From: Chloroflexota bacterium
GTDB lineage: Bacteria; Chloroflexota; UBA11872; VXOZ01
NCBI GenBank assembly: GCA_963662335.2
Contig: CAXXVD010000005.1
Location: 352,001-416,000 of the forward strand
DNA length: 64,000 bases
Direction of reading: 5' to 3'
The position numbers were made by a program, and so were the translations under genes. Below, piece after piece: positions 18,132 to 27,605 of this stretch. A model generated the notes under the pieces. The model did no database searches, was not told the DNA's origin, and was given only the letters and a program-made list of their open reading frames with translations. Numbering within the stretch: position 1 is the first letter of the stretch; the number at the start of each line of letters is the position of its first letter.

Positions 18132-19913
18132 TCACTTCTTCCCTTTCTCAGCTTGCACCGTGTAGAGCCGAATGACCTCTTGCACCGAGGTCGCGTCCTC
18201 CGGCCGGCGGTCTTGACGCACGAACCCCACCACGCGCGGGAAGCGCAGCGCGTAGCCCAATTCACCCTCTTGCCCCCTGCCGCAGGTGTGGGTGGGGCTG
18301 CGGGTAATCTCATCCGCCTGGATCTCGACCACGTGGGTGGGGGCACTCCACACATCCGGTTCGATCTCGGCTGCTACCCGCGCCGGCATTTGCTCAACTC
18401 TTTCCTTGTCCAGCAACTCGCGAATCTTTACCCACTCTTCCTCCGAGTAACCGGTGCCAAGACGGGATATGGTCACAAACTGATCGCGGTCCTTGTCATA
18501 GACGCCGAGCAGCAAAGCGCCAATGCCAAACTGCGAGCGCGCGCCCTTGCCGTACCAGTAGCCCAAAACCACGCAATCGACCGTGTCGGATAGCTCTCCC
18601 TGGTACGAGCGCTTCATCTTGATCCAGTCGAAGCTGCGGCGGCCGGCCTGGTAGAGCGAGTCCGGCTTCTTTGCCATCACCCCTTCCAGGCCGTGCTCGA
18701 CCTTGTCGGCAAAGAAGGCTTCGATAGTCGCTACGCTGTCGGTCTCGAGGTTCTCCGTAACCTGCATCACCGGCCCTTCCCGCAGAAAGCCCAGCATCTT
18801 CTGTCGCCGCTCGGTGTAGGGTTGGCGTGTCAGGTCGGCGCCGTCGAGATAGAGCAGGTCGAACAGGATGACGCGCAGGGGCAGCTTTTCGGCCATCTCG
18901 TCTACGTTGTGCTTGCGCCGCCGCTGGGTCGTCATCTGAAACGGCAGAAACGCGCCGGTCTCCGCGTCATACGCCAGCGCCTCGGAATCGGCAATGAACG
19001 TGTGCCCCGCCGCCTGCTCCCGCACCGCGGCCGCCACGTCCGGGAACATGCCGCTGAAGTCTTCCAGGTGGCGCGAGTACATGGTCACGTTCTCGCCGTC
19101 GAAGTGCACCTGGCAGCGGATGCCGTCGTACTTGGGTTCCACGGCGCAGCGTCCCAGCCGCACGACCAGGTCTTCGATGGTGTTGGCGCGCTCGGACGCC
19201 GCCGGAATGACCGGCGTGCCGACCGTAATGCGGATGTCCTGCAAGCCGTCTACGCCCGCGCGCCAGTAGTCCTTGGCCACCCGCGCCAGGTCGGCGCAGA
19301 TGCCGTAAGCGCGCTCAATCGGCGCGCGATGCTCCTTCGACCCCGTGCGCGCAAACGAGAGCGCGTCCATGACCGTCGGATCCCCCACGCCCAACCGCAA
19401 ACGGCCCAAGGGGATGCGCAAGAGGTAGCGCACCTCTTGCTTCCCTACGTTGCGCACAAGATCGGCCAGTTTCGAGACCTTCTTCTCGACGGAGCCCTCC
19501 CCTTCAGCCAGAGCAATCTCCGTCAGGCGTTCGAAGACCTGCACGACCGTCAACGCGCCTTGCTCCCGTTCGATTCGCTCTTCCGCCACCGCGCCGTAGT
19601 CGCCAAGCTCGCCAAAACGCCGGCGCACCTCCTCCGGATCCGCGCCCGTGCCTATCGCTACCGCCTCAGCCGTCAGTTGCTCGCCTACGCCAAACTCGAT
19701 CGGCGCATAGAGCGGCGCGACCCGCCCCTGCAAGAGATAGATCGTCTTGTCCATCTCGTCCGGCCGGGTATTGGTGAATAGCTCCGCCAGCAGTTCCATC
19801 ATCCGAATGCGGCTGCGGGTGGCGTCGAGTTCCGCAAAGTAGGCGGTCAACTGGTGGAACGTGAGAGCAACCGCTTCTTCGCTCCCTGCGGTGGCATCGA
19901 GAGTTGCGGCCAT
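18132..19913 (-). CDS. ATP-dependent DNA ligase (DBD + NTase + OB)
   Basis: EPKYDGIRCQVH (KxDG), FDLLY, EGVMAK, W.K.K and LRFPR...R.D motifs. Confidence 0.93.
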   Translation of the reverse strand: MAATLDATAGSEEAVALTFHQLTAYFAELDATRSRIRMMELLAELFTNTRPDEMDKTIYLLQGRVAPLYAPIEFGVGEQLTAEAVAIGTGADPEEVRRRFGELGDYGAVAEERIEREQGALTVVQVFERLTEIALAEGEGSVEKKVSKLADLVRNVGKQEVRYLLRIPLGRLRLGVGDPTVMDALSFARTGSKEHRAPIERAYGICADLARVAKDYWRAGVDGLQDIRITVGTPVIPAASERANTIEDLVVRLGRCAVEPKYDGIRCQVHFDGENVTMYSRHLEDFSGMFPDVAAAVREQAAGHTFIADSEALAYDAETGAFLPFQMTTQRRRKHNVDEMAEKLPLRVILFDLLYLDGADLTRQPYTERRQKMLGFLREGPVMQVTENLETDSVATIEAFFADKVEHGLEGVMAKKPDSLYQAGRRSFDWIKMKRSYQGELSDTVDCVVLGYWYGKGARSQFGIGALLLGVYDKDRDQFVTISRLGTGYSEEEWVKIRELLDKERVEQMPARVAAEIEPDVWSAPTHVVEIQADEITRSPTHTCGRGQEGELGYALRFPRVVGFVRQDRRPEDATSVQEVIRLYTVQAEKGKK

Positions 19914-20270
19914 GGTTACACTTCTCTCCTGGTGGCGCATTGAGGACTACGATTTCGACGAACGGTCTTGCCAAGAGCATGCGGCACACTCTGCCCTCAG
20001 CAATGGGGCAAGAATCTGTGCGCGAGGCGGCCTAACGGGGACATTGATTACGGCAATTGTGCCGGGACGCGCGCGGTTGGCATGAGAGGCGCGCGGATAC
20101 GCAAGGCGGTCACGGCTAGAGGGTCGTGCTAACGCACGTTGCAACAGTCGAGGCTGAGATGGGGTCAACAGAGGAATACGTTCAGACAGAAGACTACGAA
20201 GAGAGTGCTCCGCAGTTGCTAATAGTGTACCACAGGAGCGGCTCTTTCTTCTATTCCGCCGCTGTCGCTG

Positions 20271-21632
20271 TCACCGCCGCGCTAGTGCTGTTTGCAGACT
20301 GTCTCGCTCTGCGGCTAACGCGGAACTCACTTGCACCGGATACTGCGGCGCGGCGGCCGCCAAGGCGTGCAAGCGCGGCGGCAGCGTTTCCCGTTGCTGT
20401 CGCGCCCGCTTCCGCGCCGCCGCCAGGCCGTCACGGCCGGCGGGCAGGCGTTTACCGCCTAGCATGACGGGCACGAGCAGCGGCGCGCCTTCAGCCGGGC
20501 GTTCGTCCGCCAAGCCGATCACGTCCCGCGCCATCTCGTCATTTTCCCATTCGCGGAAGACCTGCTTGCGGCCCGGCAGCGCCGACTTGCCCGCCGCAAG
20601 CTTCATGCGCCCGCGGCCGGCGTATTCCACCAGCTTGTAGGCGCAATCCAAAGCCGGCGCATCGTGGGAAACGCTCATGCGCGTGCCCACGCCGTAGCCG
20701 TCGATTGGCGCGTCTTGCGCAACCAGGTCGGCAATGGCGTACTCATCCAGGCTGTTGCTGGCGAATATCTCCACGTGTTGAAGGCCGGCGTCGTCCAGGA
20801 TGCGGCGGGCAGTCTGCGCCAGCATTGCCAGTTCACCGGAATCCAGCCGTATCGCCCGGACCCGGAAGGCGCTGCCCAGTTCCTGCGCCAAGGCGGCAAC
20901 CTTAGCCACGCCCGCCACCGTGTCGTAGGTGTCCACAAGCAAGACAGTCTCCGGATAGAGCGCGGCAAACCGGCGGAACGCCTCCATTTCGTCGTCATGC
21001 GCCTGCACGTAACTGTGCGCCATGGTGCCCCTGACCGGTATGCCGTAGCGCTTGCCGGCCAGCACGTTGGACGTTGCGTCCACGCCGGCCACGTGGAACG
21101 CGCGCGCGCCTGTGATTGCCGCGTCCGTGCCGTGCGCCCGGCGGGAGCCGAAGTCCACCACCGTTGCGCCCCGCGCCGCCTGCACCACCCGCGCGGCTGT
21201 AGACGCCATGAGCGTCTGGAAGTGAACCTGGTTAATGAGCAGCGTCTCTACCAGTTGCGCCTGCGGCAGCGGCGCTACCACTTCCACCAGCGGTTCCCCG
21301 GGAAACGCCACGGTACCCTCCGGCAGCGCGTACACGTCGCCGGTGAAGCGAAAGTCCGCCAGGTAGTCTAGGAAGTCGGGAGAAAAGCTCCCTAGTCCTG
21401 TAAGGTAGTCCAACGCCTCGCCGCAAAAAGCCAGATTCTCCACGTAATCCAGCACGTCGGCCAGGCCGCACGCGATCACGTAGTGCCACCGCTCCGGCAG
21501 GCGGCGTATGAAGAAGTCGAAGACCGCAGTCTCTTCCAGGCCCTCGCGCACGTAAGCCTGGAGCATGGTCAGGGCGTAGAGATCGGTGAACAAGGCGGTG
21601 TCGGCGCGCGCATCCCGGAGGCCCAGCGGCAT
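20271..21632 (-). CDS. pncB: Nicotinate phosphoribosyltransferase
   Basis: TDLY.LTM, DFGSRRAHG, GTMAHSY, LVDTYD and RLDSG motifs. Confidence 0.92.
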   Translation of the reverse strand: MPLGLRDARADTALFTDLYALTMLQAYVREGLEETAVFDFFIRRLPERWHYVIACGLADVLDYVENLAFCGEALDYLTGLGSFSPDFLDYLADFRFTGDVYALPEGTVAFPGEPLVEVVAPLPQAQLVETLLINQVHFQTLMASTAARVVQAARGATVVDFGSRRAHGTDAAITGARAFHVAGVDATSNVLAGKRYGIPVRGTMAHSYVQAHDDEMEAFRRFAALYPETVLLVDTYDTVAGVAKVAALAQELGSAFRVRAIRLDSGELAMLAQTARRILDDAGLQHVEIFASNSLDEYAIADLVAQDAPIDGYGVGTRMSVSHDAPALDCAYKLVEYAGRGRMKLAAGKSALPGRKQVFREWENDEMARDVIGLADERPAEGAPLLVPVMLGGKRLPAGRDGLAAARKRARQQRETLPPRLHALAAAAPQYPVQVSSALAAERDSLQTALARR

Positions 21633-21683
21633 GGTCGTACTCCCAAAGCGTCCTGCCTAAGACAACCTGCACGTTTCGCGCGC

Positions 21684-21838
21684 AGAGGCGGGGGACAAGC
21701 CCCCGCGCTACGGTGTAATCGGTAACATCAGGCGTACTCGCAGCCAAGAGGCGGGGGACAGGCCCCCGCGCTACGGTGTAATCGGTAACATCAGGCGTAC
21801 TCGCAGCCAAGAGGCGGGGGACAAGCCCCCGCGCTACG
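21684..21838. repeat. 63-bp tandem repeat: three GTAG-type REP units (family C) separated by two identical 34-bp linkers
   Basis: agaggcgggggacaagcccccgcgctacg at 21684, 21747 (one mismatch) and 21810; a solo copy at 29253-29280. Confidence 0.9.
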
Positions 21839-21841
21839 ATT

Positions 21842-22025
21842 CCCTCTCCCTGGCTGACAGGCGAGTGTATTCTATAGCCCAATTCACGTGTCATTCCGAA
21901 CGGAGCGCAGCGGAGTGAGGAATCTAGAGCGAAACCTTACTAGACCGGTATCTTTAGATTCCTCGCTGCGCTCGGAATGACATTTACCTGCCCTTGTTAG
22001 CTGGGTAGAGGGCTAGGGTGAAGGG
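21842..22025. repeat. Nested REP composite: CCCTCTCCC...GGGTAGAGGG arms (family E) around a GTCATTCCGA...GGAATGAC pair (family B, 21889-21982)
   Basis: Imperfect outer inverted repeat ccctctccctggctgacagg/ccttgttagctgggtagaggg; the inner pair matches 25663-25733. Confidence 0.75.
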
Positions 22026-22054
22026 AGACTCCTAACGTCATCAAGAACGAACCG

Positions 22055-22687
22055 CTAGTAGATGGTGCTGGCGGCGGGAATGCCGGTCAGGTGGTGCGTA
22101 TCGTTCCACAGAATCAGCGTCGGCAGCGTGCCGCGCCACTCGATGATGGAGAGGCCGGCGTGCCCGACGGTGACTTGCCAATAGCGCTCCAGCGGCAGGT
22201 CGAACAGGTGGCAGAAGTACATGCGCAGCCCGCCGCCGTGCATCACCACCACTGCCGTCTGCCCCTCGTGCCGGTGGACGATACGGCGCAGGGCGGCCTG
22301 GGTGCGCCGGTAGAGCGTGGGACCGTCCTCCGCGCCCGGCGGCGCCCAGTGCGGGTCGCGGCGATGTTGCTCCCAAGCCGCCTTGTCGGCCATCAGGTCG
22401 GCCAGCCGGCGGCCTTCCCAATCCCCGTAGCCGCGTTCGCGCAGATCGGCATCCCGAACCGCCACCGCGTCATGGGGCGCGGCGATGGCTCGCGCCGTGT
22501 CGTAGCCGCGCGCCAGATCGCTGCAATAGACGCCGCCCAGTGACTCGCTTGAGAGTCGCGCCGCAACTGCCTGCGCTTGCGCTTCTCCTTCCGCGGAAAG
22601 CGGCGGGTCCTGTTGGCCCTGAATGCGCCCCTGGCTGTTCCAGGTTGACTCGCAGTGGCGAATGAGCAGCAGCCGTACCATGCTCAT
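22055..22687 (-). CDS. Histidine phosphatase (PGM/CobC/PspA-like)
   Basis: RHCES.WN..GR.QG..D.PL, SDL.R, LRE..YG.WEG and HGG motifs; ATGA overlap with folC. Confidence 0.88.
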   Translation of the reverse strand: MSMVRLLLIRHCESTWNSQGRIQGQQDPPLSAEGEAQAQAVAARLSSESLGGVYCSDLARGYDTARAIAAPHDAVAVRDADLRERGYGDWEGRRLADLMADKAAWEQHRRDPHWAPPGAEDGPTLYRRTQAALRRIVHRHEGQTAVVVMHGGGLRMYFCHLFDLPLERYWQVTVGHAGLSIIEWRGTLPTLILWNDTHHLTGIPAASTIY

Positions 22688-24102
22688 GCCCCCGCGCCGC
22701 CGGCCGCGCCGGGAGCATTGGTCGCGGGGAGCGGCGGGTCTATGGCGGCGGCCAAACCGAATGCTTCCCGCGCTTCCGCCGCCACGAAGAGCGAGCCCGT
22801 GGCGCAGAGCACGTCGGTTGACTCCATGTCGTTCAGCCCCAGCCGGATAGCCTGCTTCACGTTTCGCACCACCCGCACCGGTACCCGGCCCGCCGCGTGG
22901 GGCGAATCGAGGGCGGCCGCCGCAATCACGGCGGGGTCTTGCGCGCGCGGATGGCGCGACCCTACCGCGATCAGCCCGTTCACCGCCGGCAGCAAGGCGT
23001 CGAGCACGCTGCCGACGTCTTTGTCCCGGTTCAGACCCAGAATACCGTGCACGCCGCGCCCAGGATAGTGCGCCGCCAGGGTCTCGCGCAAGCGGAGAAT
23101 GGCGTCCGGCGTGTGCGCGCCGTCGGCGATCACCGGCGGCCAGGCGGACAACTGCTCGAACCGCCCCGGCCAGCGCGCCGCTTCGATGCCGGCGCATACT
23201 GCCTTTATGTCAAGCGGCACGCCCTGCGCCGCCAGTTCCTCTACGACGGCGAGCGCAACGCCGAGATTGAGCCGCTGGTGCGGGCCGCACAAGGAAAAGC
23301 GCACGGTACGTTCCTCGCCCAGCGCCGTGATCCTGCAGACTTGCGCCGGGTACTCCCAAGGACAAAGGGCAGGAGCCGCCACCGGCGCGCACACTCGCTC
23401 GTCAACCGCATTGATCCGGGCGCGCCGCTCGTCGCACACGGACTGAAAAACATCAGTTACCTCCGCCGGGCCCGGCGCGTGTATCAGCGCGCCGCCGTCC
23501 TTGACGATGCCGGCTTTCTCGCGGGCAATCGCCGCCAACGTGCCGCCGAGAATCGCGGTGTGCTCCAGGCTGATCGTGGTGATGACGGACACGCGCGGCG
23601 TAAGGACGTTTGTGGCGTCCAGTCTGCCGCCCAAACCGACCTCCACCACGGCCAGGTCAACCGCCGCTTCGGCAAAGTGGAGAAAGCCCAGGGCGGTCGC
23701 CAGTTCGTACGTCGTCGGCTTGCCGAGAGCGGGCTGCTCGCCGTGGAGCGCCTCCGCCGCCAACGCCACCCGTTCCACAAGGCGGCAGAAGTCATGTGCC
23801 GCAATAGGCGCGTTATCGATGCGTACCCGCTCGCGAAACGTATGCAGGTGCGGCTGCGTATAGAGACCCGTGCGCAGACCGGCGGCGCGCAAAATGGACT
23901 CAACGATTGCCGCCGTAGAGCCTTTGCCCTTGCTGCCGGCCACGTGGACGCTGGGAAAGCGCCGGTGCGGCTCGCCCAATTTGCGCAGCAGAACCTTGAT
24001 CCGCTCCAGCGTAAAGCGCGGCGGCGCGTCCGCGCCGTAGCCGATGCCACGCTCCCAATCCGCGAAGGCGTAGAGGTATTGCAGCGCCTGGGCGTAGTCC
24101 AT
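22684..24102 (-). CDS. folC: Folylpolyglutamate/dihydrofolate synthase
   Basis: HVAGSKGKGST, PHL..FRER, EVGLGGRLDATN, REKAGI, WPGRFE and DGAHT motifs. Confidence 0.93.
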   Translation of the reverse strand: MDYAQALQYLYAFADWERGIGYGADAPPRFTLERIKVLLRKLGEPHRRFPSVHVAGSKGKGSTAAIVESILRAAGLRTGLYTQPHLHTFRERVRIDNAPIAAHDFCRLVERVALAAEALHGEQPALGKPTTYELATALGFLHFAEAAVDLAVVEVGLGGRLDATNVLTPRVSVITTISLEHTAILGGTLAAIAREKAGIVKDGGALIHAPGPAEVTDVFQSVCDERRARINAVDERVCAPVAAPALCPWEYPAQVCRITALGEERTVRFSLCGPHQRLNLGVALAVVEELAAQGVPLDIKAVCAGIEAARWPGRFEQLSAWPPVIADGAHTPDAILRLRETLAAHYPGRGVHGILGLNRDKDVGSVLDALLPAVNGLIAVGSRHPRAQDPAVIAAAALDSPHAAGRVPVRVVRNVKQAIRLGLNDMESTDVLCATGSLFVAAEAREAFGLAAAIDPPLPATNAPGAAGGAGA

Positions 24103-24108
24103 CGCGGC

Positions 24109-24747
24109 TCAGCGCTGTCCCGTGGCGATGGCCATGAACTCGTTGCGCGTGCGGGGGTCCGAAAGGAAGAGGCCGCGCATCGCGCTCGTTACCATGCGCG
24201 AGCCCGGCTTCTGGATGCCCCGCATCGCAATGCACATGTGTTCCGCCTCGACCACCACCGCCACGCCCTTGGGCCGGATGGCGTCCGCGATCGTAGCCGC
24301 CGCGTCATCGGTCAGCCGCTCCTGCAATTGCGGCCGCCGCGCCAGAGTCTCGATCGCGCGGGCCAGCTTGCTCGCGCCCACGATCTGGCCGCTGGGCAGG
24401 TAGCCCACGTGCACCATGCCCCAGAACGGCAGGAGATGATGCTCGCACATGGAGAAGAACTGGATGTCCTTCAGCACGACCATTCCTTCGTATGCTTCAT
24501 GGAAGCTCATGTCTATGGCCGCGGCCGGCTCGCGAAACAACCCGGCAAAGAGAAAGGCATACGCCTGGGCGATGCGGCGCGGCGTTTCGCGCAAGCCTTC
24601 CCGCGCCGGGTCTTCGCCAATGGCCAGCAGGATTTCCCGCACGGCGCGCTCGATACGGGCGGTATCGATGGGCGCATCCGCATCCGCTGCCTCTTGTTCC
24701 GGGGCGGCGAGACCGTCGCGCCGCGCTTCACCCGCGTTCATCTGCAT
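24109..24747 (-). CDS. folE: GTP cyclohydrolase I
   Basis: GED..REGL.ETP.R, CEHHLLPF, QLQERL and HMC..MRG motifs. Confidence 0.95.
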   Translation of the reverse strand: MQMNAGEARRDGLAAPEQEAADADAPIDTARIERAVREILLAIGEDPAREGLRETPRRIAQAYAFLFAGLFREPAAAIDMSFHEAYEGMVVLKDIQFFSMCEHHLLPFWGMVHVGYLPSGQIVGASKLARAIETLARRPQLQERLTDDAAATIADAIRPKGVAVVVEAEHMCIAMRGIQKPGSRMVTSAMRGLFLSDPRTRNEFMAIATGQR

Positions 24748-24762
24748 ATCGTTCCAGTGCGT

Positions 24763-25440
24763 CTAGGACGCGCGCTGCCCGCGCAGGGCGTCGGTTAGGG
24801 CTCGATGCACGAGTTTGCCGATCAAATGGCCAATTTGGGTGGTAGGGCCCGCCCGCCGGATGCGCTCGCCCCGGCTAAGGCAGCCTACGACCACACTGTC
24901 GGCGGGCGCGCCGGTGGCAACGTGATCGTCGCCGGTGCGTATCCGAATTTCGGCGAGCGTGCGCGCCTTGGCTTCGGTGGCCGTTACGATGGCGTTCACC
25001 ATTGCGCCCATGGCAAGGCTGGCATCGGTGAGCACAATTATGTCAATACTCCCACCGCTGCACTCCCCGCCGGGCCGCGTCAGCCCGGCGCTACTCCGCG
25101 CTCCCAGGTCCGCGCATAGTAGCACGGTCACCTGCCACTTCGCCGTCGCTGCCGTTGCCTGCGCGTATTCCCCGGCACTCCCGGCCGTCAGCACGCCCGC
25201 GTACGGCTCTTGGATACCGGCTTGCAGCGCCCAGTCGTGGAGATCGCGTTCCGGTTCACCCGGCGCTTGCGCCGCGGCGCGCGACATGATTACGATGTTG
25301 CGCGTCAGCGCGAGATCGTCGCCAATGTCCGGACTGCCCAGCACCCGCAGCGGCTCACGGCTGCTGACGCGCAGCACGTTCTGAGCGTAGGCAAGCGTAA
25401 CGCCTTCCAGACAGAATTCGCTGTCCGCCTCCGCACTCAT
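24763..25440 (-). CDS. CbiZ-like (adenosylcobinamide amidohydrolase family) protein, divergent
   Basis: G.LTA, GSIDIIV, NAIVTATEAK, ATG...D and AGP.T..G..I patterns. Confidence 0.65.
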   Translation of the reverse strand: MSAEADSEFCLEGVTLAYAQNVLRVSSREPLRVLGSPDIGDDLALTRNIVIMSRAAAQAPGEPERDLHDWALQAGIQEPYAGVLTAGSAGEYAQATAATAKWQVTVLLCADLGARSSAGLTRPGGECSGGSIDIIVLTDASLAMGAMVNAIVTATEAKARTLAEIRIRTGDDHVATGAPADSVVVGCLSRGERIRRAGPTTQIGHLIGKLVHRALTDALRGQRAS

Positions 25441-25662
25441 CGCCGTATTTCTTATTCCCCTCGGTAATCTGGCCGCATACACAGGAGAGCCGACGCTAGC
25501 CGCAGCGCGCGTGGAGGCGATAACGCCACATCCAGTATTCATTGGAGGCAGCCACGCTGTCAACCGGATTCATGCAACCCGAGAATGCTTCTAGCATTCC
25601 CCTATGTGTCCAGTGTCTCGTCGATAGAATCCACTAGTCGCTTGAGGGGTGTAGAAGATCGG

Positions 25663-25733
25663 TGTCATTCCGAGCGCAGCGAGGAATCTAGAACCGCCAA
25701 CTCCCTAGATTCCTCGCTGCGCTCGGAATGACA
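25663..25733. repeat. REP pair, family B (perfect 29-bp inverted repeat)
   Basis: tgtcattccgagcgcagcgaggaatctag ... ctagattcctcgctgcgctcggaatgaca. Confidence 0.9.
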
Positions 25734-25872
25734 GTGATGCAAACCATACGCGGGGCATGGGAAACCGCGCGCACGCCACTCCACCCTGGCGCGATAGCAT
25801 TATTTCGAACTACAACGTATCATGGGTACGGAGATTGCATTCGCGCTGAAATGCAGGGAACGCGAGGAGCGT

Positions 25873-26904
25873 ATGAATTCCGCGGCCTACACCGAGACTC
25901 AACTGCGCCAGGCCATCGACCGGCTGCCGCGCGTCCGCCTGGCGGAATTGCCCACGCCGCTGCAAGAGGCGGCGCGCCTCTCCGACGCGCTCGGCGGCCC
26001 GCCGCTCTTCTTCAAGCGCGACGACTTGACCGGCCTGGCGTTCGGCGGCAACAAGACGCGGCACCTGGAGTTCATCCTGGGCGAGGCCCTGCAACGCGGG
26101 GCCGACACCATCATTACCGGCGCGTCTATTCAATCGAACTTCTGCCGCCAGACGGCCGCCGCCTGCGCCAAACTGGGCTTGCGCTGCGTCCTCATCCTGA
26201 ACGGCCAGACCGCGGACGCGCCGCAGGGAAACCTGTTGCTCGACCACCTGGCAGGGGCGGACGTGCGTCTCGTGCAGGTGCGGCAACTACCCGATCTCAT
26301 TGCCCTCTGCGAAGAAGCCGCCGCCGCGGAACGGCAGGCGGGGCGGAACCCCATCGTGGTCGACTTGTGGCGCGGCATCGCCAGTTTGGGTTCGGTCTCG
26401 TACGTCGAGTGCGCATTGGAACTGAAAGCGCAACTGGAAGAACTCGGTTTGCTGCGCGCTTCGGTCTATCTCTCTTCCGCCACCGCCACGCAAGGCGGGT
26501 TGGCGTTGGCGGCGCGCGCGCTCGGTCTGGATTGGCGCATCGTGGGCATTAGTCCCATTCGCACGGATCTCGTGCCCGCGGCTGTGGTGGCAGATCTGGC
26601 GAACGAGGCCGCGGAACGCCTCGATCTCGGCCTGCGCCTGACTCCGGCCGACATTGAGAACCAAGAGGAGTACATCGGCCCCGGCTATGCCCTGCCCACG
26701 GCGGAGGCGCGCGAGGCCCTGGAACTCGTGGCGCGCACCGAGGGGCTGTTCCTGGATCCGGTCTACACAGCCAAGGCCATGGCCGGCCTCATCGACCACA
26801 TCCGTGCCGGCGAACTCGATCCCTCGCGGCCGGTAGTCTTCTTGCACACCGGCGGCACGCCGGCCCTCTTTGCGTTCAACGACTGGTACGCAGATTCGCG
26901 GTGA
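25873..26904 (+). CDS. D-cysteine desulfhydrase family PLP enzyme
   Basis: KRDDLTGLAFGGNKTR, QSNFCR, DPVYTAKA and HTGG; the T residues point to DcyD type rather than ACC deaminase. Confidence 0.87.
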   Translation: MNSAAYTETQLRQAIDRLPRVRLAELPTPLQEAARLSDALGGPPLFFKRDDLTGLAFGGNKTRHLEFILGEALQRGADTIITGASIQSNFCRQTAAACAKLGLRCVLILNGQTADAPQGNLLLDHLAGADVRLVQVRQLPDLIALCEEAAAAERQAGRNPIVVDLWRGIASLGSVSYVECALELKAQLEELGLLRASVYLSSATATQGGLALAARALGLDWRIVGISPIRTDLVPAAVVADLANEAAERLDLGLRLTPADIENQEEYIGPGYALPTAEAREALELVARTEGLFLDPVYTAKAMAGLIDHIRAGELDPSRPVVFLHTGGTPALFAFNDWYADSR

Positions 26905-26934
26905 GCGCATTCAACAACCGGAAAGGCGGCGTCT

Positions 26935-27519
26935 GTGTCAACGCCAAACGGTGAGACGATCCCCGGCAAGCAAGTGGCGGGTTTGCCCTTAGCGCCCTTC
27001 GAAAAGCGCGTCAAGGCGGCGTTGTGGGACTTGATGTTCTTCATCTTCGGCCTCGCCGCCGCGGCGATGCTGGCGGTGACCGCCGTCATCACGGGCGTCC
27101 TCATTCTGGGCGTGTCGGTAGGTGAGGTCACGGAAGACACCGTCTATCCCGACGCGGCCATCATCGTGCCGTTTGGCCTGGCCATCCTCATAGTTGCGCT
27201 CGCGCCGTACATCTACTTCGTCCAGGTGCCCGCCGAATACAGCGGCACGGCCGGGATGCGCCTGGTGGGCGTGCGCGCTGTGACTGCGGCGGGAGAGCAG
27301 ATGAACTGGCGGCAGGCCGCCACGCGCGCGCTCGCCATGCTGGTCTCCGTCGGCGCGCTCTGCGCGGGCGGCTTCTGGATGTACCGCGAGCCCAACCGCC
27401 GCACGTGGCACGACCTGGCCGCCGGCACGTACGTGATCGAGGACGTGTACATTCCCCGGCGGCTCAACCTGGACCCCTGGGACCCAATCGAAGAGGAAGA
27501 TGAGGACGATACGTCCTAA
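26935..27519 (+). CDS. RDD family membrane protein
   Basis: R..A...D, T.G....G.R and R.WHD..AGT.V motifs. Confidence 0.8.
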   Translation: MSTPNGETIPGKQVAGLPLAPFEKRVKAALWDLMFFIFGLAAAAMLAVTAVITGVLILGVSVGEVTEDTVYPDAAIIVPFGLAILIVALAPYIYFVQVPAEYSGTAGMRLVGVRAVTAAGEQMNWRQAATRALAMLVSVGALCAGGFWMYREPNRRTWHDLAAGTYVIEDVYIPRRLNLDPWDPIEEEDEDDTS

Positions 27520-27605
27520 CTCAACCTGCATGAGCCGCCGGCCATTGGGCGGTGACGCTTAGCCAAGTTCAGGCATCCGATAGTCCGCGCAAGAGGGAGC
27601 AAACG

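Noticed and set aside
21684-21838. CRISPR-like geometry (29-bp palindromic repeat and 34-bp spacer, three repeats)
   Set aside because: The two spacers are identical, the repeat occurs alone at 29253 and has a GTAG REP end, and no cas genes are present.
21232-21894. 220-aa ORF with repeated VARGLVPRLLAASTPDVTDYT
   Set aside because: It is a read-through of the 63-bp REP tandem into an alternative frame of pncB.
25441-25660. Cobalamin or other riboswitch upstream of the cbiZ-like gene
   Set aside because: No B12-box or other recognisable aptamer core by eye; an Rfam scan would be needed to exclude it fully.
25873-26904. ACC deaminase
   Set aside because: Has PVYT and HTGG rather than the diagnostic PVYE and HLGG.
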